Counted from the first letter of the stretch, positions 1 through 9,935 are shown. The stretch is DNA of 42,804 nt from Bradymonadales bacterium (GCA_007693605.1 REDG01000042.1:1-42804); one strand, 5' to 3'. Made by a program: numbers and translations. The notes: generated by a model from the letters alone, not told the origin.

Positions 1-54
1 CTCCGCCCTGCTCGCCTTCTCGTTCGCTCGAAAGACTCGCTCACCGCAAATCTG

Positions 55-76
55 GGTTCGAATCCTCTCTTCCCGA
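55..76 (+). other. tRNA 3'-end-like fragment (T-loop plus acceptor half, tRNA-Pro-like); not a complete tRNA
   Basis: GGTTCGAATCCTCTCTTCCCGA resembles a tRNA T-loop and 3' acceptor strand, but the upstream sequence cannot form D or anticodon arms and the T-stem pairs poorly. Confidence 0.4.
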
Positions 77-205
77 TTCTAAAATCAGGCTCTACACCAT
101 TAAGTGGGGCAGACTGTTTATACTGGCTCTACACCGGTCCACGGGCTTACGAAGCGTAACGAAATCCACCGAACTTCTTTGTCGAGAGCCTGGCTCTGGC
201 TTGAA

Positions 206-1414
206 TCAATTTTTACGCTGGCGTCTCTTTATTTTTCTAAGCAGTTCTCTGCAGCTTTCAGATTGAGGTTGCGATCGAAGACGTGGGGCTGAAAAGGCCC
301 ATGAATCTTTTTCCAAAGTAAGGGGCTGAAAGAGATATTCGAGCCCTCGATATCTTAAAAATAGTCGGATAAGGGCAATGTTACCTATGTTCCCTGTATC
401 AAACTCACGAGTTGGACCCGTTCCTCCTAGAGGGGTAATGACTTCATACTCCTTTAGCCAGCGCTCTCCTGTCAGTCCTTTCCATCGAGATCGTCTCCTT
501 TCAAGATATCTTTGAAGGCCTTCTTGAGTATCTAAAAGAAGGGACTCATAGTGTTTAAGGGTTTGTTCGGCATCCCAATTAGGAAATGCACGGCTCAACC
601 AGCCCCCACCTTGTTCTCGTTTTAATAGACGAGGGCCACCTTCCAAAAGCTCAAAAAACCACCGAAGCTCCTCTGAAGTGAGCTCTTGCTGAAGTGACCC
701 CATCAACTTCCACATATTGAGATAGCCAACATCTGTTGAAAAATCTTCGATAGAACGTAAAAGGCCTGAGATGTAGATGGGGTCATCGGAGAAAGCAGGC
801 TTTCCGTCTGGAGTCTTAAGAAGGCCCAAGCGGGTACTGGCGGCATGCCTCTCGTAGTGCTCCATCGCTCGAAGGTAGCGATTCTCCCTTAAACTGTGTT
901 CTGGAAAAACCCCAGGCCAAAATCTATAGCTATCCCATACCGGCCTTCCCTGATGGCACTGCGCGCACTCAGGAGGGTCCAGGGTCAAGAAAGTTCCTGA
1001 AGGCTCAAATTCGATTCGAGCAAACTGAAAATCCGCAGAATCAAACTGAAAATCAATGATCTCTAGAGAGTTCCCACCCTTAAGCTGTTCTCGAGAGCTC
1101 ATAGCGATCATCATATTCATGCGTTGATGGTTCGGCTTTCGGTTATAAAGAACAACTCGTGGGTCATCCCTTGAAGCATGTTGAAGGGAACTACGAGAGT
1201 CATGGATTAAAAGGAAGGATCGACCAAAAGTGCGTGAAAAGAGAGGGTCATCCAAAAGCTCTTCAATGCTTTCAATGCCTTGATCTTCAATTCTTTCCCA
1301 AAGAGCATTGATTCCATCAATGGAAGCAATGCTAAGTTGGACTTGGGTGAAGAAGGCTATGCTCAAAGAAAGGCAAAGTGGGTGAAAACGACTTATCTGA
1401 AATTTAGACAGCAT
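206..1414 (-). CDS. Exported hypothetical protein with one c-type heme-binding motif (CAQCH)
   Basis: 402-aa ORF, hydrophobic N-terminal signal-like segment, single CxxCH, basic tail with a lone Cys. Confidence 0.7.
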   Translation of the reverse strand: MLSKFQISRFHPLCLSLSIAFFTQVQLSIASIDGINALWERIEDQGIESIEELLDDPLFSRTFGRSFLLIHDSRSSLQHASRDDPRVVLYNRKPNHQRMNMMIAMSSREQLKGGNSLEIIDFQFDSADFQFARIEFEPSGTFLTLDPPECAQCHQGRPVWDSYRFWPGVFPEHSLRENRYLRAMEHYERHAASTRLGLLKTPDGKPAFSDDPIYISGLLRSIEDFSTDVGYLNMWKLMGSLQQELTSEELRWFFELLEGGPRLLKREQGGGWLSRAFPNWDAEQTLKHYESLLLDTQEGLQRYLERRRSRWKGLTGERWLKEYEVITPLGGTGPTREFDTGNIGNIALIRLFLRYRGLEYLFQPLTLEKDSWAFSAPRLRSQPQSESCRELLRKIKRRQRKN

Positions 1415-1601
1415 AAAGCAATTCCACGGGCGTAGTAGACAGATAAAGCCCGTTGGTCAAGTTAGGAAAAAGCAGGGTTTATTTCTCGACCCACCTTTTC
1501 CTCTAAAGGGCCCAATAAGCCTCTCATCCCGATTCGAAAAATCGCCTTTTTGCCATCACAGGTATAGACGGCTATAGGCCAATCTACTTCAAGAGGGACT
1601 T

Positions 1602-2372
1602 ATGCGCAGAAACTCCCTACAGAGCAGCTCTCCCTTGCGAGGGAGAAGGGTCCCGCATACAATTAAAACTGTGCCTACTTCGATCAGATTGAGTCTCCTG
1701 TCAACTCTTGCTGGCTTCTTCATCTTGGCCACCCCCCCAAAGACCTTTGCAGCATGCTCTCCTGGCTATAGAGATTTGGTTGACTTACCGCATCTCATCA
1801 AAATCGCGGCCTCTGGGCGCGTCATCGAATCGAACGCCGACGAAATTCGACAGAAAGAAAAATCTCTGGCGCTAGCGAACGAGGAAAAGTCGGTTCTTTA
1901 TCGACTTGTTTTTGAAATCGAGAACTACCTCGTTGGGGCTAAAGGAGCTGAACCAAGGACTCTCGACCTCTCTCGCAGTCTTGTTCTCCAATCTGTCATG
2001 ACGAGGGGACCTGGAAATTTTTTGCTCCCCAAAAATTGGAGGGGAGTTCTCTTCTTTGAAGAGCTAGACCCCCCAAGGCTACGGGCAGCTTCCCAATCTT
2101 GTGGGTATGGATGGGGCTTTCCTATGGACGGAAGTGAATTGAGCACAAAAATGCTGCATGCAATTCAAAGTCCAGCTCCTGACAAGTGGTTTGCGTGCCA
2201 GAAGAGTAGTGACTGTGTGGTGCCCAAGAAGTGTCATCGCTCCGTCAACAAAAAGTATGTGAGCGACTACCTTGATTACAACTCCGATGAAGCCATGCCT
2301 CGATGCTATGAGTCTCATGAGGTCAATTCAGCATGCAATAACAACAGATGCCTTGCCATTCGGAATTGGTGA
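1602..2372 (+). CDS. Exported hypothetical protein with Cys-rich C-terminal module
   Basis: 256-aa ORF after GAGGG; hydrophobic signal-like stretch ending TFA-A; six Cys in the last ~60 aa. Start may lie further downstream. Confidence 0.6.
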   Translation: MRRNSLQSSSPLRGRRVPHTIKTVPTSIRLSLLSTLAGFFILATPPKTFAACSPGYRDLVDLPHLIKIAASGRVIESNADEIRQKEKSLALANEEKSVLYRLVFEIENYLVGAKGAEPRTLDLSRSLVLQSVMTRGPGNFLLPKNWRGVLFFEELDPPRLRAASQSCGYGWGFPMDGSELSTKMLHAIQSPAPDKWFACQKSSDCVVPKKCHRSVNKKYVSDYLDYNSDEAMPRCYESHEVNSACNNNRCLAIRNW

Positions 2373-2434
2373 TCGGTCGCTCTGCCTGAAAGGCGAAGGA
2401 AGCTTGATAAGTTTAGATCAAAGCACGGCGCCCA

Positions 2435-3607
2435 CTACTTTTTATTCCAACTCGACCTCAGCTCTTCAACTGGCCGACAATAGTAGGTTTCCTCTCGATT
2501 GAGGCCACTGGCAGCCACGGTAAATGTCACCCGCCAAATGGCCTCAAGGGCATCATTCAAACTTTCACAAGCAAGCTCATGCTGCCGACTCGTGGCCTCA
2601 ATTTCTTGATCCTCCAGCGCCTTCTCGCAGAAGTGCATCTGTTCAACCTGAGCTCTCAGCTCAATCAGTGAAAGTCGTATCTCTTCAATCAAACCGGAAT
2701 CCACGCCTCTCACCCGGCCTAACATTTCAAACACGAATGGCCAGTCAATGACTCCCCCCGCATATCCCTTTTGAACTCTAATCACTGCCGAAACTACAAA
2801 CAAAACCTCATTGAAACTCGATAGATCGATCTGCTTTGGAGAGTTTTCAATTTTAATAAAACCCATCGCCCTCATTCCAAGAATCAAACCCAAACAATGA
2901 GACAGTCTTCCCTTCTGAAGCCACGCCTCAAATGGACCGAACAAGGCCGCTGCGCGATCATGAATCCGATTCAAAAGATTGAAGGCTAAGATGTTCTGTG
3001 TTGTCGTGTTTTTATTGAGAAGGATGTAGATGAACTGGATGTATTGATGAATTTGTGAGGGTGTCAACGCTCGATCGTTGGCCGCAAATCGATGCATGAC
3101 TGTAAATACTTTGAGAGTCGGCTCAGTGACCTGTCCAAGATAGAAAGAATCATCGTCAATCAGTCTCGTGATAGAGCTTGGGTAAACATCTATGGCGACG
3201 GCTGATCCGCAACCTTTGAGCGAGGAGGTAACAAGAGAAAATAGCTCTTTCTTTTTCTCTTCGGTCAAGGCCTCCCATTCAGCATCTTCTAGCGCTGGCA
3301 ATCGCTCTTGAAGCTCCAACAGCTCCGTCCAACAGTTTCTTAAAAACATCGAGTCATCCAACTGGGCCCACTGAATCAAGGGCTCCCTGATGTCAAAAAT
3401 GATCTCGCCATTTTCCGCGCTTCTCAGCAGTTCAGTGGCCCTCTGCTGCGCTTTCAAGCGGATCTCATCAATTTTGTAAAAGGAGAGAAGCTGGCTGGTG
3501 ACCAATCGATAGAACTTGTTTCCTAAAACCTGGCTATTGGAGATCAGCGAAAACGCAGCCATGCCAACAACCACCAAACAAATCACTATGATATAAAGCT
3601 TTTTCAC
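2435..3607 (-). CDS. Hypothetical protein with N-terminal membrane anchor or signal
   Basis: 390-aa ORF beginning MKKLYIIVICLVVVGMAAFSLI; no family motif recognised. Confidence 0.65.
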   Translation of the reverse strand: MKKLYIIVICLVVVGMAAFSLISNSQVLGNKFYRLVTSQLLSFYKIDEIRLKAQQRATELLRSAENGEIIFDIREPLIQWAQLDDSMFLRNCWTELLELQERLPALEDAEWEALTEEKKKELFSLVTSSLKGCGSAVAIDVYPSSITRLIDDDSFYLGQVTEPTLKVFTVMHRFAANDRALTPSQIHQYIQFIYILLNKNTTTQNILAFNLLNRIHDRAAALFGPFEAWLQKGRLSHCLGLILGMRAMGFIKIENSPKQIDLSSFNEVLFVVSAVIRVQKGYAGGVIDWPFVFEMLGRVRGVDSGLIEEIRLSLIELRAQVEQMHFCEKALEDQEIEATSRQHELACESLNDALEAIWRVTFTVAASGLNREETYYCRPVEELRSSWNKK

Positions 3608-3991
3608 TTACTCATTCTCAACCAGCGGCCCTGCGTTCGGCAACTAGAATTGAGAGGGTGAATCGATCCACGAGTTCTGGTAGATTTGCGTCTTTTCGGC
3701 TCGCCAAAACGGAAAGAGCAAGACAGATCCCCGATCGACTTCAACCCACTCAGGCAACAAGATCAGAATTTCAAAGACATCGAACGGCATCTACTTCAAC
3801 AATAAGCTATCGTAGCTTGTGAGAACAATACGCTTTGCTCTAAAGCCTTTAAATCCCACCACCTCCCCCAAAGGTGCAGGGGTTGCTTTCCCGAAGAGTA
3901 GGCCTCCAAGCGCTTTTATTTTGGCATCGGTCTCAATTTTCTTGTCAAATCCTGCGCTTTTGGTTGAGTCTCCAATGAAGGGAGATTCAGG

Positions 3992-4732
3992 ATGATTGCA
4001 GTTCGATTCTTGCTGTTGATTTTAGCTCTGATCAGTTTCAGCTTTGGTGAGCTCACCAAGGCCGACGAGACTCAATTGCCCGAGAGAGTGAGGAGTTTTC
4101 CCGGCTATGCCTCTCATCAGGTCATCCTGCTGGGGGCCTTTACCGACCCTCTGGAAGTCGAGATTTTCTTTCCGGGCCGGATCTCTGGCCCAGGCAAAAT
4201 GCCCAACAACTACCGCCTAGAGGTCAATGTCCCAAACCTCCTGCCACTCACGGTTCACAGTGAGTGGGAGAGATGGCCCATTGGTCGAGAGAGCTACCTC
4301 AACTCTATTGCCATCCTTTCGGCTCTTGCAGAAGACCGCCTGCAGCTTTTCATTCCCAGAGCCCGTGTAAGGGAGGTGATTGAGAGCTTCAGCATTGATT
4401 TGAAGAGCTACCACAAACTCTTAGGCTACAGCGCTCATGAGAAAGATCTCTGGGTATCTTCGGAGTCCTTGGGCTGGATAAAACTCGTAGACTTGGTTCG
4501 TATCTGGGAAGCCTTCTTGGAGCTCCCGAGACTTCAGACACTCTTTGATCATTGTATGCAGTATCTTTCCGAAGGCCAAAGAAAAGCGATTGAAGCCTTG
4601 CTTCAGAAAGTGCAGAGAGATTTTGACCACCGTTCAAGAGTCCATATGCTCGGGGGTCCGATTGCAACCCAGACGGATGTCGCTCCCTGCACTGCAAGAA
4701 TCACGAGTGTTGGTGGTACAGGCCTGATTTAA
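3992..4732 (+). CDS. Exported hypothetical protein
   Basis: 246-aa ORF, SD-like GGGAG upstream, classical signal peptide (MIAVRFLLLILALISFSFG), C-terminal PCTARITSV. Confidence 0.7.
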   Translation: MIAVRFLLLILALISFSFGELTKADETQLPERVRSFPGYASHQVILLGAFTDPLEVEIFFPGRISGPGKMPNNYRLEVNVPNLLPLTVHSEWERWPIGRESYLNSIAILSALAEDRLQLFIPRARVREVIESFSIDLKSYHKLLGYSAHEKDLWVSSESLGWIKLVDLVRIWEAFLELPRLQTLFDHCMQYLSEGQRKAIEALLQKVQRDFDHRSRVHMLGGPIATQTDVAPCTARITSVGGTGLI

Positions 4733-4739
4733 GCTCTCT

Positions 4740-4777
4740 AAAAAAAGAGCCCCTCTTCGATCAAGTTCGAGAGGGGC
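4740..4777 (-). terminator. Rho-independent terminator between convergent genes
   Basis: GCCCCTCT (4749-4756) / AGAGGGGC (4770-4777) stem followed by a T7 run on the minus strand. Confidence 0.6.
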
Positions 4778-4822
4778 CCCTTTACTTCTAGATAGAGACC
4801 AAACGGTCTCATTTGAAAAAAC

Positions 4823-5248
4823 CTACTTCAAATGCTTCGACACATGCTTGGTCATCTCAAACATATTGATCTTACCCTTGCCTCCAAAGATTTGGCGCAA
4901 ACGGGCATCTGCATTGATCATTCGTCTCTCAACGGCATCTTGAAGCTTATTCTTTTTGATATAGGCCCAAAGCTTTTTTGTCACCTCAGTACGGGGCATG
5001 GGTCGATTTCCAATAATCGCGCCCAGAGCCGCAGTCGGAGTAAGAGGTCTCATGAAAGCAGCGTTAGGCTTTCTCTTTGACTTCGTTTTTTTAGCTTTCG
5101 CTTTTGTCTTTCTCTTGGTCGTCTTTCGAGCCGTCTTTCTCACGGTCTTCTTTTTAGACTTTCCCTTTTTAGCCGTTTTTCTTTTTGCAGTTTTCCGCTT
5201 CGCAGTTTTTCTCTTTGCTGTCTTCTTCTTTGCTTTTCGCTTTGCCAT
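4823..5248 (-). CDS. SWIB/MDM2-domain protein with histone H1-like Lys/Arg-rich N-terminus
   Basis: C-terminal KPNAAFMRPL...MPRTEVTKKLWAYIKKNKLQD...INAD...INMFEMTKHVSKHL is the bacterial SWIB signature; start placed at ATG 5248 after SD GAAGGAG; KRKTA repeats. Confidence 0.9.
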   Translation of the reverse strand: MAKRKAKKKTAKRKTAKRKTAKRKTAKKGKSKKKTVRKTARKTTKRKTKAKAKKTKSKRKPNAAFMRPLTPTAALGAIIGNRPMPRTEVTKKLWAYIKKNKLQDAVERRMINADARLRQIFGGKGKINMFEMTKHVSKHLK

Positions 5249-5358
5249 TCCCACTCCTTCTTGAATCAATCTAGGTTTGCACTTCTTCGAGACAACCTCA
5301 AAGATATGAAAAGTTTGACGCATTTTTCACTATGAACAAAGAAATATTTTCAACAAAG

Positions 5359-6054
5359 TTAGAAAAACTCGTCCTGCGGAATACTAATTTCCCACTCCAC
5401 CCACTCCTTTCGAACAGGATGCATCAGCCCAAGAAGTTTAGAACGCAATTGAATTCCAAGTTTCTCGGCGCCGCTATCAGGCATTAAAGCCTCTGCTTCG
5501 GGCTTCCCATAGCGAAGATCTCCTAGAATGGGATGCCCCACCTTTGCAAGCTGAGCTCGAATCTGGTGCGAACGACCCGTCTTCAGCTCCACCTCAACCA
5601 GGCTGAATTGGTCCTTCTCGCCAATCTTCCAATAGAAAAGCTCCGCTCGCTTTGCACCGGGCGTCGGCCTCGGAAAAACCGTCGTTCGGTTCGTCTTAAA
5701 GTTCTTCTTTAAGTAGTGGACCAAGTGCTGACGCCCTGGGGCGACACTGCCTTTGACCCACGCCCAATACCGTTTCTTGACGACTCGATTTCGAAACTGA
5801 GACGAAAGCTCCTCAGCAATTGGAGCGGATTTCGCAAAAATCATCACTCCAAGAACCTCCCGATCAAGCCGATGAACAGGAAAAAACTGAGCCCCCTGCA
5901 CGCGAGAGATGAATTCAGCCAAAGATTCCTGCGCTCCCTCATCCGACCTTTGCGAAAGAAAAGCTTTTTTCTTCTCTATGACGAGAATATCCTGGTCTTC
6001 GTAAAGGGGTTGATAGATGAGTTCGCGTGTCACTAGAGATAGGCCTACAGCCAA
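5359..6054 (-). CDS. RluA-family RNA pseudouridine synthase
   Basis: HRLDR catalytic motif, LKTGRSHQIRAQL, GHPILGDLRYG; start uncertain (6054 TTG or 6033 GTG). Confidence 0.9.
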   Translation of the reverse strand: MAVGLSLVTRELIYQPLYEDQDILVIEKKKAFLSQRSDEGAQESLAEFISRVQGAQFFPVHRLDREVLGVMIFAKSAPIAEELSSQFRNRVVKKRYWAWVKGSVAPGRQHLVHYLKKNFKTNRTTVFPRPTPGAKRAELFYWKIGEKDQFSLVEVELKTGRSHQIRAQLAKVGHPILGDLRYGKPEAEALMPDSGAEKLGIQLRSKLLGLMHPVRKEWVEWEISIPQDEFF

Positions 6055-6784
6055 GCTCGGCCAGGCTCAAGTCCTGAGAAAAAAACGAAAGGCTTTTGTC
6101 TTCCACCTCCTGTGGCCAATCAGCTTTTGCACTCTGGGGGTGGCCGAGCTGCAAGCCCAAAACCGACTGGAAGTTCGAATCGAGATTCCGCAGCCCTCAG
6201 CAGAGATGACAAGAGTTTTAAAGAATTTCATGGATCAACAGGTCTGTGAAGACTTTGAACCTTTGGATTTTCTTCCCCCCGCGGGAGGGCCGCTTCAGTA
6301 CTTCGCGGCCTGGCTGGAGCCACTAGAAGCCTCAGAGCTCAAGACTGCACCAAGCTCCCAGAGAAAGCGCATGGAAATCTCTGGCTGCAAAGCTTCTTCG
6401 GCTGTGACTTTTCTGAACCCCGGAGATGAACTCGAGATTCGATCGAAAGACCCTATCACCTACGACCTCAGTTTTTTTGAAAGCTCGGGGGGGCGTGCTA
6501 CGCGACTGCTGCCGCCTAACCTGATGGCCGCACGACTGCAGTGGACCGAGCCCAATACAGTAGAGGCCCGTTGCGAACTTCATCCGAACCTGCGATTTGC
6601 TGTCATCGTCAGCCCCAGCCCCTGGCGAGGCTTTGCCGGCTCCGACACAAAGCTGAGTCTCGAAAACATTCCTCGTGGCCAATACCGTCTGCAACTTTGG
6701 CATCCTGTCTTAGGCTCAAAGATCTATAGCCGACCGATTGATATACAAGAGAGGAGTTCTCAGATTCTGGTGCGATGGAGCTAA
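6017..6784 (+). CDS. Exported protein with cupredoxin-like and carboxypeptidase-regulatory-like beta domains
   Basis: Signal-like segment; CELHPNL resembles the CxxHPxM motif; LENIPRGQYRLQLWHP is typical of prealbumin-like folds. True start uncertain because it overlaps the divergent gene. Confidence 0.6.
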   Translation: MSSRVTRDRPTAKLGQAQVLRKKRKAFVFHLLWPISFCTLGVAELQAQNRLEVRIEIPQPSAEMTRVLKNFMDQQVCEDFEPLDFLPPAGGPLQYFAAWLEPLEASELKTAPSSQRKRMEISGCKASSAVTFLNPGDELEIRSKDPITYDLSFFESSGGRATRLLPPNLMAARLQWTEPNTVEARCELHPNLRFAVIVSPSPWRGFAGSDTKLSLENIPRGQYRLQLWHPVLGSKIYSRPIDIQERSSQILVRWS

Positions 6785-6788
6785 AGGC

Positions 6789-7034
6789 TTAGCAAAACTT
6801 TTTCGGAGCCTCTCGAATTTCAAAGCCCCCAGACATTTTTGAGTGCTGAGCAACATGGACAGATCCTGTGTGTCGAAGCTCCACACTCCCAGAACACAAA
6901 AGTGCTCTACATCTAAAACGAAGTCCTTCAAGATCTTCGGTGCCAGACTGAGCCTCATAGCGCTCGCCACATGTATCGCAACGACCTGTGTACAAATCGT
7001 CGGACATTCCAGGAAATGACTTGCCTCTCTTCAT
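6789..7034 (-). CDS. Small hypothetical protein, possible zinc-binding (CxxC...Cx4C)
   Basis: 81-aa ORF fills the gap between genes; GGAAGG upstream; CDTC and CRALLC. Confidence 0.45.
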   Translation of the reverse strand: MKRGKSFPGMSDDLYTGRCDTCGERYEAQSGTEDLEGLRFRCRALLCSGSVELRHTGSVHVAQHSKMSGGFEIREAPKKFC

Positions 7035-7169
7035 CTACCTTCCATTTTATTCGCTTTTGTCCCTTCAGGCAGTCCGCACCGCCCCAAAATGGCCCTAGCC
7101 TCACAGCATTCACACAAATAAAAATCGTCGTTGGATGCAGAGCTAAATATCCTCTAAGATGCCTTCCTG

Positions 7170-7490
7170 ATGCCCAAACTCAAGCTGCTGCCTTCTGGCT
7201 TAGTGCTGGAGGCTCCAAGGCGAGCTAATTTGATGCGTTTTCTTCATGACGCCGGTGTTCCCGTCGGGAGCGCCTGCGGGGGCAAGGGTTTGTGCGCAAG
7301 CTGCAAGATTCAGGTTCTTCGAGGAGCTGAGAACCTCTCAAGACCCAATGATCGAGAGCTGGATTTAGCGGAAAGAAATCGGCTCCAAAAGAACGAGCGC
7401 ATTTCTTGTCAGACCAAGGTGTTGGGGGATGTTGAACTGACCACCCCCTACTGGGCGGAAGACTTAGTCTTAGAAAGTGAGGAGTTGTGA
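7170..7490 (+). CDS. 2Fe-2S ferredoxin
   Basis: SACGGKGLCASC...ERISCQ, matching Cx5Cx2C...C. Confidence 0.92.
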   Translation: MPKLKLLPSGLVLEAPRRANLMRFLHDAGVPVGSACGGKGLCASCKIQVLRGAENLSRPNDRELDLAERNRLQKNERISCQTKVLGDVELTTPYWAEDLVLESEEL

Positions 7491-7957
7491 GCCAAAAAAA
7501 GAGCCCCAAAGATTCCTGTGTGGAAACCAGCTATATTGTTCTTCCCTCTCACACCAATGCTCTCGGAGGAGTTTTTGGTGGAACCGTTATGAGTTGGATT
7601 GATATGGTCGGAGCGATTTGTGCACAGCGACACTCGAACCGTATTTGCGTGACCGCGAGCATTGATGCCCTTCATTTCATCCATCCACTAGAATTGGGCG
7701 ATACCGCCACACTGTTTGCTCGCATCGTCTACACAGGCCGAACCTCGATGATGATTTCTGTAGATGTTTATGCAGAGAATCCCATTCGTCGAATTAAAGC
7801 GCAGTGCGTAAAAGCCTATCTGACCTTTGTTGCCCTGGGCGAAGATCGCAAGCCCACCCCGGTTCCAGAACTCTTGCTGACAACAGAGTCGGAAAAGCAA
7901 GCCTATGCTGATGCGAAAGAAAGGCGAAAGGCCCTTCTGGCACAAAGCCGATCTTGA
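7487..7957 (+). CDS. Acyl-CoA thioesterase (hotdog fold, YciA-like)
   Basis: PSHTNALGGVFGGTVMSWID, VTASID, TGRTSM, LTFVAL; GTGA overlap with the ferredoxin stop. Confidence 0.92.
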   Translation: MSQKKSPKDSCVETSYIVLPSHTNALGGVFGGTVMSWIDMVGAICAQRHSNRICVTASIDALHFIHPLELGDTATLFARIVYTGRTSMMISVDVYAENPIRRIKAQCVKAYLTFVALGEDRKPTPVPELLLTTESEKQAYADAKERRKALLAQSRS

Positions 7958-8000
7958 GAGGGGTAATTTGAGAATTCAGTGCTAAAATAGAGACTTAGAT

Positions 8001-9935
8001 ATGCAGATCACTTGCTCGGGCTGCTCCAGCCGATACAAATTGGACGACTCAAAGATCAAGCCTACAGGCACGAAGGTTCGTTGTCCGAAATGCAGCAAGA
8101 CTTTTCTCGTCCATCCCAAGGCCCCCCCAGAAGAGAAGAAAGAAGTTCGCCGTCCAGAGCCCAGCCCAAAGCCTCCTCCAAAAGCCCCGATCAAGCAGCC
8201 ACCAAAGCAGCCCACTCAGGCATCTCCAAAAACAGCGCCAACTTCGCCCTTTAAGAGTCCAAGCGCCACTGCCCAGACGGGCGGCAAGACTGGCTCTCAA
8301 GCCATCACTGCAACCCCCAGCCTCGGGGGCGAAGATGAAGACGACCCCTTCAACGAGAAGACCATCGTTTCCGACAGGGCCGCCCTGCGACAAGAGAGTC
8401 TTCAACAGTATTCTACTCAGAAGCAGGAATCCAAAAAGCCAGAAGCATCCATCGTCGAAGAAGACCCCTTTGCAACGGTCGCCTCTGAAAGAGAGGACTT
8501 CATTCCTGATTCTGATGACGACCCTCTCGATGAGGCCACTCAGTTAGATCCTCAAGCATTCAAAGACCCTGCCCCCTCACCCCTCTTTGAAGACCCCGCA
8601 CAAAAGCAGAAGACTCCGCTTCGCGACCCAGGTCAGCCAGAGAAGGAGCCAGAAGAGATTCGACCTTTTGGGGATGCCACCCTTTTAGAAATTCAGCGAA
8701 TGGGAAGAAAGCCCCGAAAGCTGAAGCGACCTCTCTTTATTGCAGCAGCACTCTTGGTTTTCGGCTATTTAGCCTATGCCTTTCTGCCTCAGTTTTTGCC
8801 AACACAAAGAGACCGGGCCTTTGTGACGCATACCGTGTTGCGACCTGGAGGCTGGTATCAACACGACCCAAGCCTCTATCAATCCGTACTCACCCAGATC
8901 GCCGCACTTCCACGCGCCGACCAGGAAAGTCCAGAAAGCCGTGCTCTTTTGGCAGAGAGCCTTATTCTGAACGGCCAGCTGTTGGGAGATAGCGAACAGG
9001 TACTCTCAGGCCTGGGCATCTCGACTTCCCTTTCTGTCAGTTTTCCTCATAGTCCGGTGGGCTTTTATGGAGCTTCTGCCTACGCGATTGGCACCAATGA
9101 TCGTCGGAGCATTCAAGAACTTTACGACCGATGGCCAGAGAGCCACCGAGATGATCCCGAGTTTGAGCTGTTGAAGATGCTTCATCTTGCACACTCCGGA
9201 GAAACTGACTCTGCCCTCAGGCTCTCAAAGTCGTTGCTAGAGGCTCAGCCCGATTTTGTAAGAGGAAAAGTCTATAGTCTGTTGCTTGTTTTGCAGAACC
9301 CCAATTCAGCCCATGATATCTTTGAGGAGGACCTGAGAAAGTCTCTTGAGCAAGACTATCGTCGGCACCGCTCTCAAATTGTCAATCAAGTGACTCAACT
9401 GCCCCGAGTCTACCAAGACATCGATCGCTTCTTGGGTTTTCAACGGAGGCCTTCAGCACCAAGTCCTCCGGCCCCTCCAGAAGAGACTGCTCCTTCTGAG
9501 GAACCCACTGACGACACCGATGTTCGAACTCTGGCCGATTTCATCGTCGACACCCCAACCAAAGAACCTCCCCCCAATCCTTTTGAACAGCATGCTCAGG
9601 GTCCGCGCACGAGCGCAAGCGGTCTGCCCATGGCCTCTGCAGAGCTTGTCGCTCAAGCCCAGAGGGGGCAACAGTCTGATCGAGAGGCTCAAAGTCTCTA
9701 CCGCCAGGGACTTCAATCTTTTGAACAGGGACGACTCGATGAGGCCCTTCGACTCTTTCGAGACACTCTTAAAGCAAATGCGGAATACGCTGACGCTTAC
9801 AAACAAATTGGTCGAATCTATATGCAGCGAGAAGAGGCAAGCCGAGCCCTTCGATCTTTTAAGATTTATCTACAGCTCAAACCCGGTAGTGCCGATCGAT
9901 CTCAGGTCGAAGGCTGGATTGAAAGTCTCGAATAA
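8001..9935 (+). CDS. MJ0042-family zinc-ribbon protein with TM helix and C-terminal TPR repeats
   Basis: MQITCSGCSSRYKLDDSKI...VRCPKCSKTF; Pro/acidic linker; one TM helix (LFIAAALLVFGYLAYAFL); C-terminal TPRs. Confidence 0.85.
   Translation: MQITCSGCSSRYKLDDSKIKPTGTKVRCPKCSKTFLVHPKAPPEEKKEVRRPEPSPKPPPKAPIKQPPKQPTQASPKTAPTSPFKSPSATAQTGGKTGSQAITATPSLGGEDEDDPFNEKTIVSDRAALRQESLQQYSTQKQESKKPEASIVEEDPFATVASEREDFIPDSDDDPLDEATQLDPQAFKDPAPSPLFEDPAQKQKTPLRDPGQPEKEPEEIRPFGDATLLEIQRMGRKPRKLKRPLFIAAALLVFGYLAYAFLPQFLPTQRDRAFVTHTVLRPGGWYQHDPSLYQSVLTQIAALPRADQESPESRALLAESLILNGQLLGDSEQVLSGLGISTSLSVSFPHSPVGFYGASAYAIGTNDRRSIQELYDRWPESHRDDPEFELLKMLHLAHSGETDSALRLSKSLLEAQPDFVRGKVYSLLLVLQNPNSAHDIFEEDLRKSLEQDYRRHRSQIVNQVTQLPRVYQDIDRFLGFQRRPSAPSPPAPPEETAPSEEPTDDTDVRTLADFIVDTPTKEPPPNPFEQHAQGPRTSASGLPMASAELVAQAQRGQQSDREAQSLYRQGLQSFEQGRLDEALRLFRDTLKANAEYADAYKQIGRIYMQREEASRALRSFKIYLQLKPGSADRSQVEGWIESLE

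Noticed and set aside
2435..2494. C-terminal Cys of 2435-3607 (CRPVEELR) as a fifth member of the Cys-tag set
   Set aside because: The Cys position fits, but the +4 and +7 hydrophobic residues are missing and the protein has several other Cys.
4998..5264. Hydrophobic 88-aa ORF (FLAVFLF repeats) as a membrane protein
   Set aside because: It is the antisense reading of the Lys-rich repeats of the SWIB gene.
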